DNA of 64,000 bases from Spirochaetia bacterium (lineage in GTDB: Bacteria > Spirochaetota > Spirochaetia > DSM-2461), in NCBI GenBank assembly GCA_963668315.1, contig OY764216.1, positions 4,416,001 to 4,480,000 of the forward strand. Direction: 5' to 3'. The translations under genes were made by a program, and so were the position numbers. The notes under the pieces were generated by a model. It was given only the letters and a program-made list of their open reading frames with translations. It was not told the origin of the DNA and ran no database searches. Shown in pieces: positions 39,244 through 49,218 of this stretch. Every line of letters starts with the position of its first letter. Positions within the stretch are counted from its first letter, which is position 1.

Positions 39244-40218
39244 CTAATTCAAATTCTCACTGAAAAATCGATCTATCTTTTCAAAGGGAATCACGTCGCG
39301 GTTGTCGTACAGGTCGGTATGCACCGCATCGGGGATAAGCAGCAGTTCCTTGTTATCCCCGGAGAGCTGTGCAAAGGCATCCTTACTGAAATAGCAGGAG
39401 TGGGCCGCCTCACCGTGAACGACCAATACGGCGCTGCGGATCTCACTGCTGTAGCGAAGTATGGGCATATTGAGAAAAGAGAGAGAAGAGGTGATATTCC
39501 ATCCTGCATTGGAATTAAGGGAGCGCTTGTGATACCCCCGGTCCGTCTTGTAATAGGTGAAATAGTCCTTTACAAAGAAGGGAGCCTCTTCGGGAAGTTC
39601 GTCCGGAACTCCCCCCGCCCTGGCGTAGGCGCCCTCTTTATAATCTTCCGTCCTCCGGGCATTCAGCTGTCTGCGCAGTTCATAGCGATCGTCCGGACTC
39701 ATCGAATCAAAATAGCCCCTGGCTGTCACCCGGGTCATGTCATACATGGTAGACGCGACAGTCGCCTTGATGCGCGTATCAATGGCCGCCGCGTTCAAAG
39801 CCATACCGCCCCAGCCGCAAATGCCGATGATCCCGATTTTGTCAGGATCGACCCTGTCCAGGGTGGAAAGAAAATCCACCGCCGCGGAAAAGTCCTCCGT
39901 ATTGATATCGGGGGACGCCACATACCGGGGCATCCCGCCGCTTTCCCCCGTATAGGAGGGGTCAAAGGCCACGGCGAGATAGCCCTTTTCCGCCATTGTC
40001 TGAGCGTACAGACCGGAAGCCTGCTCCTTCACCGCCCCGAAGGGACCGGCCACGGCAATGGCGGATAAGCGCCCGGAGGCCTCCGCCGGCTCGTATAAAT
40101 CGGCGGCGAGGGTTATCCCGTAACGGTTGTGAAATGTTACTTTACTGTGTTTTACCTTGTCGCTTTTCGGGAACACCTTGTCCCACTCTTCTGTCAAATC
40201 CCACTCTCGGGTGTCCAT
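39244..40218 (-). CDS. Alpha/beta hydrolase (YcjY/COG1073-like)
   Basis: GPFGAVKEQ, FDPSYTGESGG, GICGWGG (Cys nucleophile elbow), HTDLYD. Confidence 0.88.
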   Translation of the reverse strand: MDTREWDLTEEWDKVFPKSDKVKHSKVTFHNRYGITLAADLYEPAEASGRLSAIAVAGPFGAVKEQASGLYAQTMAEKGYLAVAFDPSYTGESGGMPRYVASPDINTEDFSAAVDFLSTLDRVDPDKIGIIGICGWGGMALNAAAIDTRIKATVASTMYDMTRVTARGYFDSMSPDDRYELRRQLNARRTEDYKEGAYARAGGVPDELPEEAPFFVKDYFTYYKTDRGYHKRSLNSNAGWNITSSLSFLNMPILRYSSEIRSAVLVVHGEAAHSCYFSKDAFAQLSGDNKELLLIPDAVHTDLYDNRDVIPFEKIDRFFSENLN

Positions 40219-40272
40219 GAATCGGTACCTTCCTTCCTAATGACTTGTGACTCATTAATGTGATATACTCAG

Positions 40273-40303
40273 ATCGTACAACCTAAAGCTGACTTGAGGT
40301 CAA
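40273..40303 (-). promoter_or_regulatory. MerR (AdhR/NmlR-type) promoter/operator
   Basis: TTGACC (40303-40298), 19-bp spacer, TACGAT (40278-40273); dyad ACCTAAAG-CTGA-CTTGAGGT (40281-40300); divergent MerR gene. Confidence 0.85.
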
Positions 40304-40334
40304 GTGAAAATCTGATTTCCGGGAGAACCTGACA

Positions 40335-40796
40335 ATGTATTCCATCGGTGAAGTATCGAACATGTTCCAATTATCCGTTCCGACCCTGCGCTATTATGAC
40401 CAGCAGGGATTATTTCCCAATCTCAAAAGGACCAAATCAGGACTGCGTTCCTTTGACAGTCATGATATCGAAAGCATCAGGATTATCGAGTATCTGAAAA
40501 AAGCCGGTATGTCTCTCAAGGATATACGGGTCTTTATCGACTGGTGCCATGCGGGTGATTCCACCCTGATCGAACGGCGGGATATGTTCCTGGATAGACT
40601 GGATTCGGTTAAGGCCGAGATTGAGGAACTGAACCGGGTTCAGGATTTGCTGACATTTAAATCCTGGTACTACAGCCAGGCGGTGAAGGAGGAAACGGAA
40701 GAGCGGATTAAAGAGGTTAAGCCCGAGGAGATGCCCGCTGATATCAGAAGGGCCTATGAAAACACACATGCCGATCTGCCCTGCTGGAAAGCATAG
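40335..40796 (+). CDS. MerR-family regulator (AdhR/YraB-like)
   Basis: MYSIGEVS...TLRYYDQQGL, GMSLKDI, GDSTLIERR. Confidence 0.92.
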   Translation: MYSIGEVSNMFQLSVPTLRYYDQQGLFPNLKRTKSGLRSFDSHDIESIRIIEYLKKAGMSLKDIRVFIDWCHAGDSTLIERRDMFLDRLDSVKAEIEELNRVQDLLTFKSWYYSQAVKEETEERIKEVKPEEMPADIRRAYENTHADLPCWKA

Positions 40797-40800
40797 GCTC

Positions 40801-41796
40801 TCAGCCCATGCTTTTCTTCGCCCACTCCGTGTCTTTCAGTATCGCCCTTCCGACGCCGATCAGATCCGCCTTCCCTTCAACGAGCAATCTCTCTGCCCCG
40901 TCGGCGTCGATAATGCCCCCGGTGAGCATGACCGGAATGGATACTTCTTTCCTGATCATCTCGGTCATATCGGAGAAATAGCCCTGTTCCTCTATCCCGG
41001 GAATTCGATATCCGTTCATTCCTCCGGAAATATCCAGAAAATCCACTCCGCTCTCTTCCAAGAGCTTCGAAGCGGCAACGCTGTCTTCCAGGGTGGAACC
41101 GCCCTCCCTGTAATCACAGCCCCCGAGGCGCAGGGCGACGGGATAATCCGGTCCGACGACATCCCTCACGGCTTTTACAATCTCGATATGAAGTCTGACT
41201 CTGCCCTCTATCGTCGAACCCGTATACTCGTCGTCTCTTTTATTTATTAAAGGTGAATAAAACTGATTGAGAAGGTAGCCATGGGCGGAATGGATTTCAA
41301 CGCCGTCGAAACCCGCATCCCTGGCCCTTCCGGCGGCCCGGGCGAAATCGGAAACAAGATCCTGTATCTGCTCCCCTGTCATCTCTTCCGCAGCCCTTCC
41401 TTTTCCCTCTTCGGCTCCCTTTCTGAAGAAAGGACTGGCGCTTACGGCCGCGCTGCCGGTCAATTCGGGATCGGCCTGACCTCCGGCGTGACTGATCTGG
41501 GCCATGACAGCCGTATGGTTGCCATGAATCACATCAACGAGCTTTTTCAAACCGGGAATATCGCTGTCCCGTGAGATGGACAGCTGCCCCTTATGGGCCA
41601 GCCCCTGCCTGTTGATATAGCTGTGTTCCGTGATAATCAGGCCGATATACCCGCCCCGAGACTTCTGATCATAGTAATCCAGAAGATCCTGTATCACCTT
41701 GCCATCCTCTGTTTTCGCCGTAGCCATGGGAGGCAGAACCAGGCGGTTGGGTAGTTTAAGCTGATTGACCGTAATAGGCTCTTTTAGAATTCTCAT
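40801..41796 (-). CDS. NADH:flavin oxidoreductase (Old Yellow Enzyme family)
   Basis: NRLVLPPM, QISHAG, AGFDGVEIHSAHGYLLNQF.SP..NKR.DEY. Confidence 0.93.
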   Translation of the reverse strand: MRILKEPITVNQLKLPNRLVLPPMATAKTEDGKVIQDLLDYYDQKSRGGYIGLIITEHSYINRQGLAHKGQLSISRDSDIPGLKKLVDVIHGNHTAVMAQISHAGGQADPELTGSAAVSASPFFRKGAEEGKGRAAEEMTGEQIQDLVSDFARAAGRARDAGFDGVEIHSAHGYLLNQFYSPLINKRDDEYTGSTIEGRVRLHIEIVKAVRDVVGPDYPVALRLGGCDYREGGSTLEDSVAASKLLEESGVDFLDISGGMNGYRIPGIEEQGYFSDMTEMIRKEVSIPVMLTGGIIDADGAERLLVEGKADLIGVGRAILKDTEWAKKSMG

Positions 41797-41837
41797 GTTT
41801 TTCTCCTTGGATTATCTCAATTTACCTGCTCGGAAGA

Positions 41838-42536
41838 TCAGAACCCCTGAACATTATTCGAACAGCGGGACAAAAGCTTTTCCCTGTCAGGAACGATGAT
41901 CCTGTTTCTTGCCGTTTCAATGATATGGGACGTACGTAATTCTTTTAATGCCCGTTCGGTATGTGCCTGTGATGCGCCTATGATATTAGCCAGATTTTTC
42001 TGTGAGAAGGGGATTTCGTTACTCTCACTCTGCATATTCGTAATATAGAGGTAGAGTACATCGCAGATTCTTGTCGTGCTTCGGTCGTATGCCTGACTGA
42101 CCGAATCATAGAGCAGATAGCCGATGAACTCGCAGTCCGATTCTAGCAGAGATACGGCCAGTTCCGGCTTTTCCAAGGACATTCGACGCAACTCGGCATA
42201 GGAAAATTTATAAACTTCCCAATCCGTAAAAGCCCGGAGAATCAGCTCAAAATCCATCAGGCTGTTATGAGAAACCACTCCGATGGGAAATAGGGAACCG
42301 GGACCGAGAAGCATCATCGATTTTTCGTTGCCGTTCTCATGGCCAATCGCCATTTGCATAATCCCGCTTTTAATATAATAGGCCGTATCATTAATCTTTC
42401 CAAACTGCGTTAAAAAGGCCCCCTTCCCGTATGTGGCATATTGGGTATTTTGTCCTTGTATATAAGACTCGTATTGGCTGACCTTGTTGAAAAAATAGAG
42501 ACTCGGGTTTACTGTCTTTTCCAGAGTGTCCTCCAT
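41838..42536 (-). CDS. Crp/Fnr-family regulator
   Basis: cNMP-binding beta-roll (YYIKSG, ENGNEK) and C-terminal HTH FSQKNLANIIGASQAHTERALKEL. Confidence 0.85.
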   Translation of the reverse strand: MEDTLEKTVNPSLYFFNKVSQYESYIQGQNTQYATYGKGAFLTQFGKINDTAYYIKSGIMQMAIGHENGNEKSMMLLGPGSLFPIGVVSHNSLMDFELILRAFTDWEVYKFSYAELRRMSLEKPELAVSLLESDCEFIGYLLYDSVSQAYDRSTTRICDVLYLYITNMQSESNEIPFSQKNLANIIGASQAHTERALKELRTSHIIETARNRIIVPDREKLLSRCSNNVQGF

Positions 42537-42750
42537 TTGGCTGTACTTTTATGATAATTTGATAGTTATTAATGGACAAGGGGTAAATCTCCGTCTGAAA
42601 ACACAAAATGATTCTGTCTTTCCGCTAGTCCCATAATACCTTTTTCCTTTCCTGCCTGTAACCATCAAATGAGGGAATAATAATGATTTTCTTTCGGTAT
42701 GATGGGGAATCAATATTTTTTTACTCATTTCATTCAGGAGGTAATTAAAA

Positions 42751-44402
42751 ATGAAAAGAGCGTTTAGTCTACTGCTGATGGTGCTGATAATGGCCGTCAT
42801 AGCCTCATACTCCAGGGAATCGGGAGATTCGGCCGGAGCGAAAAAGATCTCTTATCAGCCGGGGACCTATTCTGCCACCGTCGTCAGTATGAAAGGCGAC
42901 TTGACCGTTGAGGTAGGAGTCGATTATTCCGCAATACAGTCAGCGGTGCGACGGTCACCTCTATGGCTATTCTCCGGGCCTCAGAACTGGCTTTGGCTAA
43001 GTCGGGAATCAATGTCGATCTTTTGAAGAAGAGGACGGAGAAACCGGCGCTGAAGGAAGGGCCGGATGAGAATTACGATGTGGTGATTGTCGGTTCCGGC
43101 GCTTCGGGACTTTCGGCAGCAATAAGAATCGGAGCGGAAAGTGATCTGAAAGTTCTGGTGCTGGAGAAGCTGGCCTATTACGGAGGTTCGTCCCGCGCTT
43201 TCGGAGGAGGTGTCTGGGCCATGGGATCAGAACTGAACAGAAATGTCGGCATAGATTCGACTGCGGACGAATACATCGCCTTTATGGAGAAACGTTCGGG
43301 AAAGTCCCTGGACAGGGCGCTTCAGACAAATCTCCATGATATAGCAGGTTCCACCTTTGACTATCTGGTAGATCATGGATTGCCTGTGGATATTACGACA
43401 CCCAGCCTTGGTCACCCGGACTCAAAACTTGCTGTGCCATGGGCGTTGAAAAATGCGGAATTGACCTATCAGACGAGCGAAGGCGGCAGAGATATTTTGG
43501 AGTCCGTGGCAGAGACCGCCCGAAGTCTCGGTGTTGAAATCAGAACCAATGCGAAGGTCACATCCCTGGAAGTAGAAAAGGGAGTAATAAGGGGCGTGGC
43601 TGTTGAAGGTCTGGATAGCGCCTACACAGTCCATGCAGAGAAAGTGATCCTTGCCACCGGCGGATTTACCAGAAACCGGGACATGGTTAAGGAGTTCACT
43701 CCGGAATATGAGCGGGTGATGCCTTTTACCGGAGCCGGAAGTACGGGGGACGGGATTGAGATGACAAGATTCCTGGAACCCGAGATAGTCGGTGACGGCA
43801 TGATGGGCATAACCGGAGTAAATATGAACCATGGGGCATACGGCTTATTCGGGTGGCTTGGCTGGCATCCGCAAATTTTTGTGAACAAAGAGGGTGAACA
43901 GTTCGGTATGGAATCAACCTTCTACAGCGAGACACTGCCGCTGGTAAACAAGCAAACGGACGGTATGTGCTTCGGGATTGCGGACAGTACCAATTCCGCT
44001 GCAGATGTATTTGAGAAAGCATCCGGTCCCTATGCGGACTCTCATGCCGCATCCGGTGTTGTCGTAAAGGCGAATACAGTGGAAGAACTGGCGGACATAC
44101 TAAAGATTGACAAAGAGAACGTTGTCGCAGCCGCCAAGGCAAACGACCTCACGGAAGCCCCGTTTTACGGGATCAGACTCTTTCCGCTTTTCATAGGCTC
44201 CATTCCGGGACTCAAGGTTACGGAAAACTGCCAGGTTGTAAACCGCGGGGGAGAGGTCATTCCCAATCTCTATGCCGTAGGAGAGCTGACATTCGGCAAC
44301 TACTTCAATAATATTTATCCCGCTTCCGGATCCGGAATAGGTATCGCTCTTTACAGCGGAGCCCTCGCCGGCGAGCATATCGTAGAAGTACTGACGAAGT
44401 AA
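42751..44402 (+). pseudogene. FMN-binding/FAD-dependent oxidoreductase, frameshifted by an internal deletion; FAD domain ORF 42963-44402 intact
   Basis: Frame 1 gives a signal peptide plus YQPGTY...AIQS; frame 2 resumes NTVSGATVTSMAIL then DVVIVGSGASG, LATGGF, LYAVGE; about 33 aa missing relative to the paralog at 1-459. Confidence 0.8.
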
Positions 44403-44687
44403 ACACCTTCCATCAAGCAGGGGATTGGGAAAAGCCCTTCTGGATCACGAACAAAGAGGCTGTCCAAAACTCAAATGATATTTGCGACAGCCCCTCTAAA
44501 ATAGTGGGAGAGAGTTTTATGAAAAAAGCATCACATAAGAGCTTTTTGCTCCTATGCCCGGGACTGTTCCAATCCCTCTGCTTATGGGTATAATATAAAC
44601 CGGTATCGTTTCAACAGGATTACCGGCCCATTACAAATGGGTAATAATGATGTCCCCTACCCCGCCTGAATGGTAAGTTCTATGTCC

Positions 44688-45506
44688 TTATCGGGATTGC
44701 CTATCTTGTGCTTTTCTGATGATCCTTTTTGAATAACGGAAAAACAGATTAGGGAATATCCTGTTCAGATGATATACGAGCTTTGAAGTGGTTCCCGGAA
44801 TAATACGATAGGAGCCTTTCTCAATTTGCCTCATAACAAGACGAGCGAGAACCTCCGGCTGCATAAGCTTGACCGTCCCTGATATTTTATGGGTGATAAG
44901 GGGCTTTGTCAGATTCTCATGATGATAGGAAGGGGTGTCCGTATCGGGAGGAAGAACCAGGGAAACCCGGATTCCGAACCTGGAGAGCTCCGAGCGAAGG
45001 ACATCGGATAGCCCCACAACGGCAAATTTAGATGGGCTGTAGCCGGTATAACCGTAAACCCCCAATATACCCGCCATGGAGGCAATATTCACGATATGCC
45101 CCGCCCTCTGTTCCATCATATGGGGGACAGCTGCCCTTATCATGCGGGCCGTTCCCAGATAGTTTGAATCATTCTGGCTCTCTATCTCTTCCACGGCCGT
45201 ATTCTCTATCTCTTTGCACAGAGCGAATCCGGCGCTGTTCACAAGGACATCAATCTTTCCGAAAGTCCCTATAATGAATTGAATAAACTCCAACACGGAT
45301 TCGTTATCAGTCACATCCAATCTATGAAAATAGACTCTCCGATCCTCTTCCGGAGACAGCTCTTCCAGTTCTGCCGCCGTGTTTCCAAGAACGTCTTCCC
45401 GGCGGGCTCCGATAATGACATGGGCTCCCTTTTTCACATACTCTACAGCCAGGGCTTTTCCTATGCCGCTGGAGCCTCCGGTAATGGCGACAACTTGCTT
45501 TTTCAT
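44688..45506 (-). CDS. SDR oxidoreductase (3-ketodihydrosphingosine reductase-like)
   Basis: TGGSSGIG, NSAG, GVYGYTGYSPSKF, PPDTDTP...ENLTKP. Confidence 0.85.
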   Translation of the reverse strand: MKKQVVAITGGSSGIGKALAVEYVKKGAHVIIGARREDVLGNTAAELEELSPEEDRRVYFHRLDVTDNESVLEFIQFIIGTFGKIDVLVNSAGFALCKEIENTAVEEIESQNDSNYLGTARMIRAAVPHMMEQRAGHIVNIASMAGILGVYGYTGYSPSKFAVVGLSDVLRSELSRFGIRVSLVLPPDTDTPSYHHENLTKPLITHKISGTVKLMQPEVLARLVMRQIEKGSYRIIPGTTSKLVYHLNRIFPNLFFRYSKRIIRKAQDRQSR

Positions 45507-45524
45507 TATATCCCTCTCGTCAGA

Positions 45525-46670
45525 TTATCGGTGTATTCCAACGGATCTATCTAATCCGCTGCGTAGGCGGCTATAATTTTCTCCCAGGATTCGGCAGCAG
45601 GTTTTCTCAAAGAGCTCCGGTTCGCTACCCCCTTCGATCCCCTTTATGCAAATAAGCAATTCGTTCAGCTGATTGTTATAGAGAGCATCGGAACCGAAGA
45701 GAATCCGTTCAGAATCGGCATTTCTCACAATCTCAGCGATCAGGCCGGCGGATATACTTGAGGTTTCCAGCCAGAGATGAGGATAGTTATGATAAAACCG
45801 GATAAGGGATTTCACATCGGGACGGTTAATCCCGTAATTGACACAATGGGCGAGGACAAAGGTACAGCCGTATCCCTCTAACAGTCGGCTTCTTCCCTTT
45901 TTATCATAATAATTCCGGGGCAGGCCATAATGGCCTCCCGATTTATCGAGCATATAGGGAAACTTCTGTACTTGCCTTTCCCCGGCGACAATGTTGCTGC
46001 GGCCTCCATGGAGCAGTATATAAAGACCTCTCTTCTCCGCTGTCCTGTATAGGATATCGAGCTTCCCGGCTATCTCATCGGGATTATCCTCCGGATAGGG
46101 GTAGAATCCCTGCAAGTTGGGATGCATTTTAATACCGCAGATGTGAAACTCCCGCTTCTGCCGCTCTATCTCCTCCTCAATGCTCTTCCCGTCTATCCCG
46201 TGTATATCCAGAGAGCCCAGAAAATCCCAGCGGTAACTCTGTCCGTAAAGCCTGAAGATATCGTCAATCCTGTTAAAAGGCGAGACGGCCAGCAGAATGC
46301 TCTTCCGAATACGGGAAGCATTCATCTCATCCAGAATCCTCTTGCCCCCAATAAAGGCATAGGAATCTTTTATACTTCTCTCTACTTCGGAGGGCAGAAA
46401 AGAAAAGGCGAACTTTGACAAAATCGTGTCAGCCCGGTTATGGTTAAGATTGGTCACAAAACCGCCGTCAAGATAACCTTCCTTTACAGCTTCATAGGGC
46501 TTTCCGTTGGATGGGAACTCCCATAAATCCATATCGGCGGGACGGAACGATTCCAGGTCCAGACAGTTCATGACCTCCAGAGGATGGGTATGGGTGTCGG
46601 TTATTTCAAGATTATACGTCTGAAGAAGAGTCTCTAGGATAGGATAATACTTCTTATACAACTTAAGCAT
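45525..46670 (-). CDS. Amidohydrolase_2-family metallohydrolase
   Basis: DTHTH, GIKMHP, LLHGG, LAHC, LETS, RILFGSD. Confidence 0.8.
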   Translation of the reverse strand: MLKLYKKYYPILETLLQTYNLEITDTHTHPLEVMNCLDLESFRPADMDLWEFPSNGKPYEAVKEGYLDGGFVTNLNHNRADTILSKFAFSFLPSEVERSIKDSYAFIGGKRILDEMNASRIRKSILLAVSPFNRIDDIFRLYGQSYRWDFLGSLDIHGIDGKSIEEEIERQKREFHICGIKMHPNLQGFYPYPEDNPDEIAGKLDILYRTAEKRGLYILLHGGRSNIVAGERQVQKFPYMLDKSGGHYGLPRNYYDKKGRSRLLEGYGCTFVLAHCVNYGINRPDVKSLIRFYHNYPHLWLETSSISAGLIAEIVRNADSERILFGSDALYNNQLNELLICIKGIEGGSEPELFEKTCCRILGENYSRLRSGLDRSVGIHR

Positions 46671-46703
46671 AATCGATTGTATATTATATTAAAGACAGTA
46701 TCC

Positions 46704-48038
46704 TTATCTGTCAACGTTAATCCGGTGAGAGCTGTCATGTCGCAAAATGAACAGGGTGGAAAAAACTATCGTGACCAGCTCCGTCACCGGAGCGGCCAGC
46801 CAGACTCCGGTCATGCCCCACAAAGAAGGAAAGACCAGAATGCATATCAGCAGAACAATCAGCCCCCTCGAAGCGGAAATGACAGCCGATTCCCGGGCTT
46901 CGCCGATTGATGTGAAATAGAATGAGGCAATAACATTGAATCCCATGAAAAGAAAAGCCAGGGAATAGAGGGGTATCCCTTCTTCTACCATTTCACGGAC
47001 GGCCGTATTTTTTACAAACAGATTACTGTAGGAACCGGAAAAAAGATTCAGCAAAAGCAAAGTCACCAGCCCCAGTATGAAAACGTAGATGATGGTAACG
47101 TTCCTTGCTTTCCGGCTCAATATAAACTCTTCGGCGCCGTAGGAGTAACTCATGACAGGATTGGCTCCCTGGCCGAAGCCCGAAACAATCATACCGAAAA
47201 GAAAAGAGACATAACCCACAATGGTAAAGGCGGCGATCCCGTTGACTCCGACTTCCCTGAGTATGACATGATTCAACGCAAACATGGTTATACTCATAGA
47301 GAGCTGGCCGATAAACTCGGAACTGCCGTTTAAAAAAGTTTCTGTCAGCACCTTTCGTGAAGGAGAAAATTTCCCGAATCTGAATATGGCCGATTTTCCT
47401 CTGAAATAGAGCAGCATGCAGACAAATCCTGTCAATACAGAAAACAATGACCCATAGGCGATTCCTTCGATCCCCCGGTCCAGAACGGCGATAAACAGAT
47501 AGTCCAGAACAATATTGACAGCAATCGCGAGAATAGTGATCTGCATAAAAGCTTCCGGTTTGCCCTCAATCCTGATAAACATTCCGAGAACGGTATTCAA
47601 TACCATAAAGGGATAGACAAATAGCATGATGAAGTAGTAACGATAGAAAAATGATCTCACCCCTTCGTCCCCGATGAGCCGGTCAGCCATTGAGGCAAGA
47701 GCCAACAGAAATACCCCGCTCATCATCAAGAGAGTGATAACCGCCGTCGCCGCAGTCTGATTAAATACGGCGATGCTCTCCTCCCTTTTCCTGCCTCCGA
47801 GCCATTGCCCCGCTATGACACTGCCCCCTACCCCGATCATAATTCCAAATCCCAGATACAGGTAAAGAATGGGTAGTCCCAGATTGACGGCGGCGATGGC
47901 ATCCTTTCCGATATAGTTCCCGATAAACAACCCGTCGACTATCGTAATCAGTGAGGTTAAAATCATGGCGACAATGGAAGGTACGGCATACTTCAAAACA
48001 GTTTGAGGGATGTGGTCATTCATCTTTTCAAGATTCAT
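46704..48038 (-). CDS. MATE efflux transporter (MepA-like)
   Basis: About 12 TM; IVDGLFIG, AIAAVN, NIVLDYLFI, G.QP-like GANP, GVWLA. Confidence 0.92.
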   Translation of the reverse strand: MNLEKMNDHIPQTVLKYAVPSIVAMILTSLITIVDGLFIGNYIGKDAIAAVNLGLPILYLYLGFGIMIGVGGSVIAGQWLGGRKREESIAVFNQTAATAVITLLMMSGVFLLALASMADRLIGDEGVRSFFYRYYFIMLFVYPFMVLNTVLGMFIRIEGKPEAFMQITILAIAVNIVLDYLFIAVLDRGIEGIAYGSLFSVLTGFVCMLLYFRGKSAIFRFGKFSPSRKVLTETFLNGSSEFIGQLSMSITMFALNHVILREVGVNGIAAFTIVGYVSFLFGMIVSGFGQGANPVMSYSYGAEEFILSRKARNVTIIYVFILGLVTLLLLNLFSGSYSNLFVKNTAVREMVEEGIPLYSLAFLFMGFNVIASFYFTSIGEARESAVISASRGLIVLLICILVFPSLWGMTGVWLAAPVTELVTIVFSTLFILRHDSSHRINVDR

Positions 48039-48114
48039 TTATGGGATCTCCTTAAGTCATAAAATTCTCTTGAGTGTAGAAGGGAATACTTTATTTATCT
48101 TCTGAATTCCTGCT

Positions 48115-48954
48115 CTATTTCACGGGAATGAAAATTCCCATTTCAAAATAGTCCTTCTCACAGTCGGCCATTTTATAGGAATCAAAACCGATCCGGTCAT
48201 CCAATTCATAGGGGCATTTCGGAAGCCAGACATTGAAAATACCTTTGTAGGCTTGAAAGATCTCTCTGGAAGAGCCTTCGAACCGGTATGCGGCGAACCG
48301 CCCTCCCTCGATAATTCTCCCCTTATCCCGGATCTCCCCGTCTTTAACGGTCATACAGATATCATAAATGCATCTGTCCTTGTCGGTGATGTTAGGATCG
48401 TCATAGGTTATCTCGATAAACCGAGTTTCTTCGGTCGCCAGGTGGCCGTACCGGCTGACAAAATCCGCCCAATGTTCGGGCATATTCCCGTAGCACCCGA
48501 TGTACCTTTCATAAAGGACAGGGAAATCCCGCTCCTCCCTTATGGTCATCCTATCGTCATAATAGGAAAAATCCCGGTACGTGACGTCCACATCATACAG
48601 GGGGTGCCTCCTGTCAAGGGCGTTCTCCCTCTTAAGTTTCCTGTATTCCGCGGGAGAAAGACTGTGATGTTTCTTGAAGGCGGAACTGTAATTGGACGAA
48701 CTGTAGCCATAGTCCAGACTGATATCCGTGATGGTTCTGTTTACATCCGTACCCAGGCGAAGGGCGCTTTTTTCCATTCTCAATCTTTTTACGAACGAAT
48801 AAATGCTCTCTCCCGTTTCGGCTTTGAAGACCCTGTTGAAGTAGTATTGGGAGAAATGGCAGTGGTTAGCGATATCCTCCACGGTAAGCTCGCGGGTCAG
48901 ATTCCTGAGAATGTAATCTATCCCCCTGTTTACCACGCGGTTCGTGATGCTCAT
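48115..48954 (-). CDS. AraC-family regulator with GyrI-like domain
   Basis: FSQYYFNRVFK, RLRMEKSA, GYSSSNYSSAFKK; C-terminal YDDP...YDIC. Confidence 0.92.
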   Translation of the reverse strand: MSITNRVVNRGIDYILRNLTRELTVEDIANHCHFSQYYFNRVFKAETGESIYSFVKRLRMEKSALRLGTDVNRTITDISLDYGYSSSNYSSAFKKHHSLSPAEYRKLKRENALDRRHPLYDVDVTYRDFSYYDDRMTIREERDFPVLYERYIGCYGNMPEHWADFVSRYGHLATEETRFIEITYDDPNITDKDRCIYDICMTVKDGEIRDKGRIIEGGRFAAYRFEGSSREIFQAYKGIFNVWLPKCPYELDDRIGFDSYKMADCEKDYFEMGIFIPVK

Positions 48955-49218
48955 ATAGCTATTATGCCTCTCAGGAATTCAACATGGGCGACCCGCGCTG
49001 TTGTCCATTGAAAAAATCACCATAAAGATACCTTCGACGATTAAAAACAACAATCGGGAAATCATGCAGAAGATTTCCCGATTCTATCGTAATATACAGT
49101 TATTTTCAATTTCCTTGCTAATGGCTTTTTTTTCAAAAAAAGAGTCCCGAAATATATATTCGGACGACCGGGCGTCATTCTTTTCTGTATATTCATGCAT
49201 ATTTTCATTCAAGGAGAG

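Noticed and set aside
38317..40068. 583-aa + strand ORF
   Set aside because: Shadow of the AKR and hydrolase genes.
42963..44402. Calling this or the 1-459 gene urocanate reductase because a hut locus is nearby
   Set aside because: Substrate-determining residues could not be verified by eye, and the family has many substrates.
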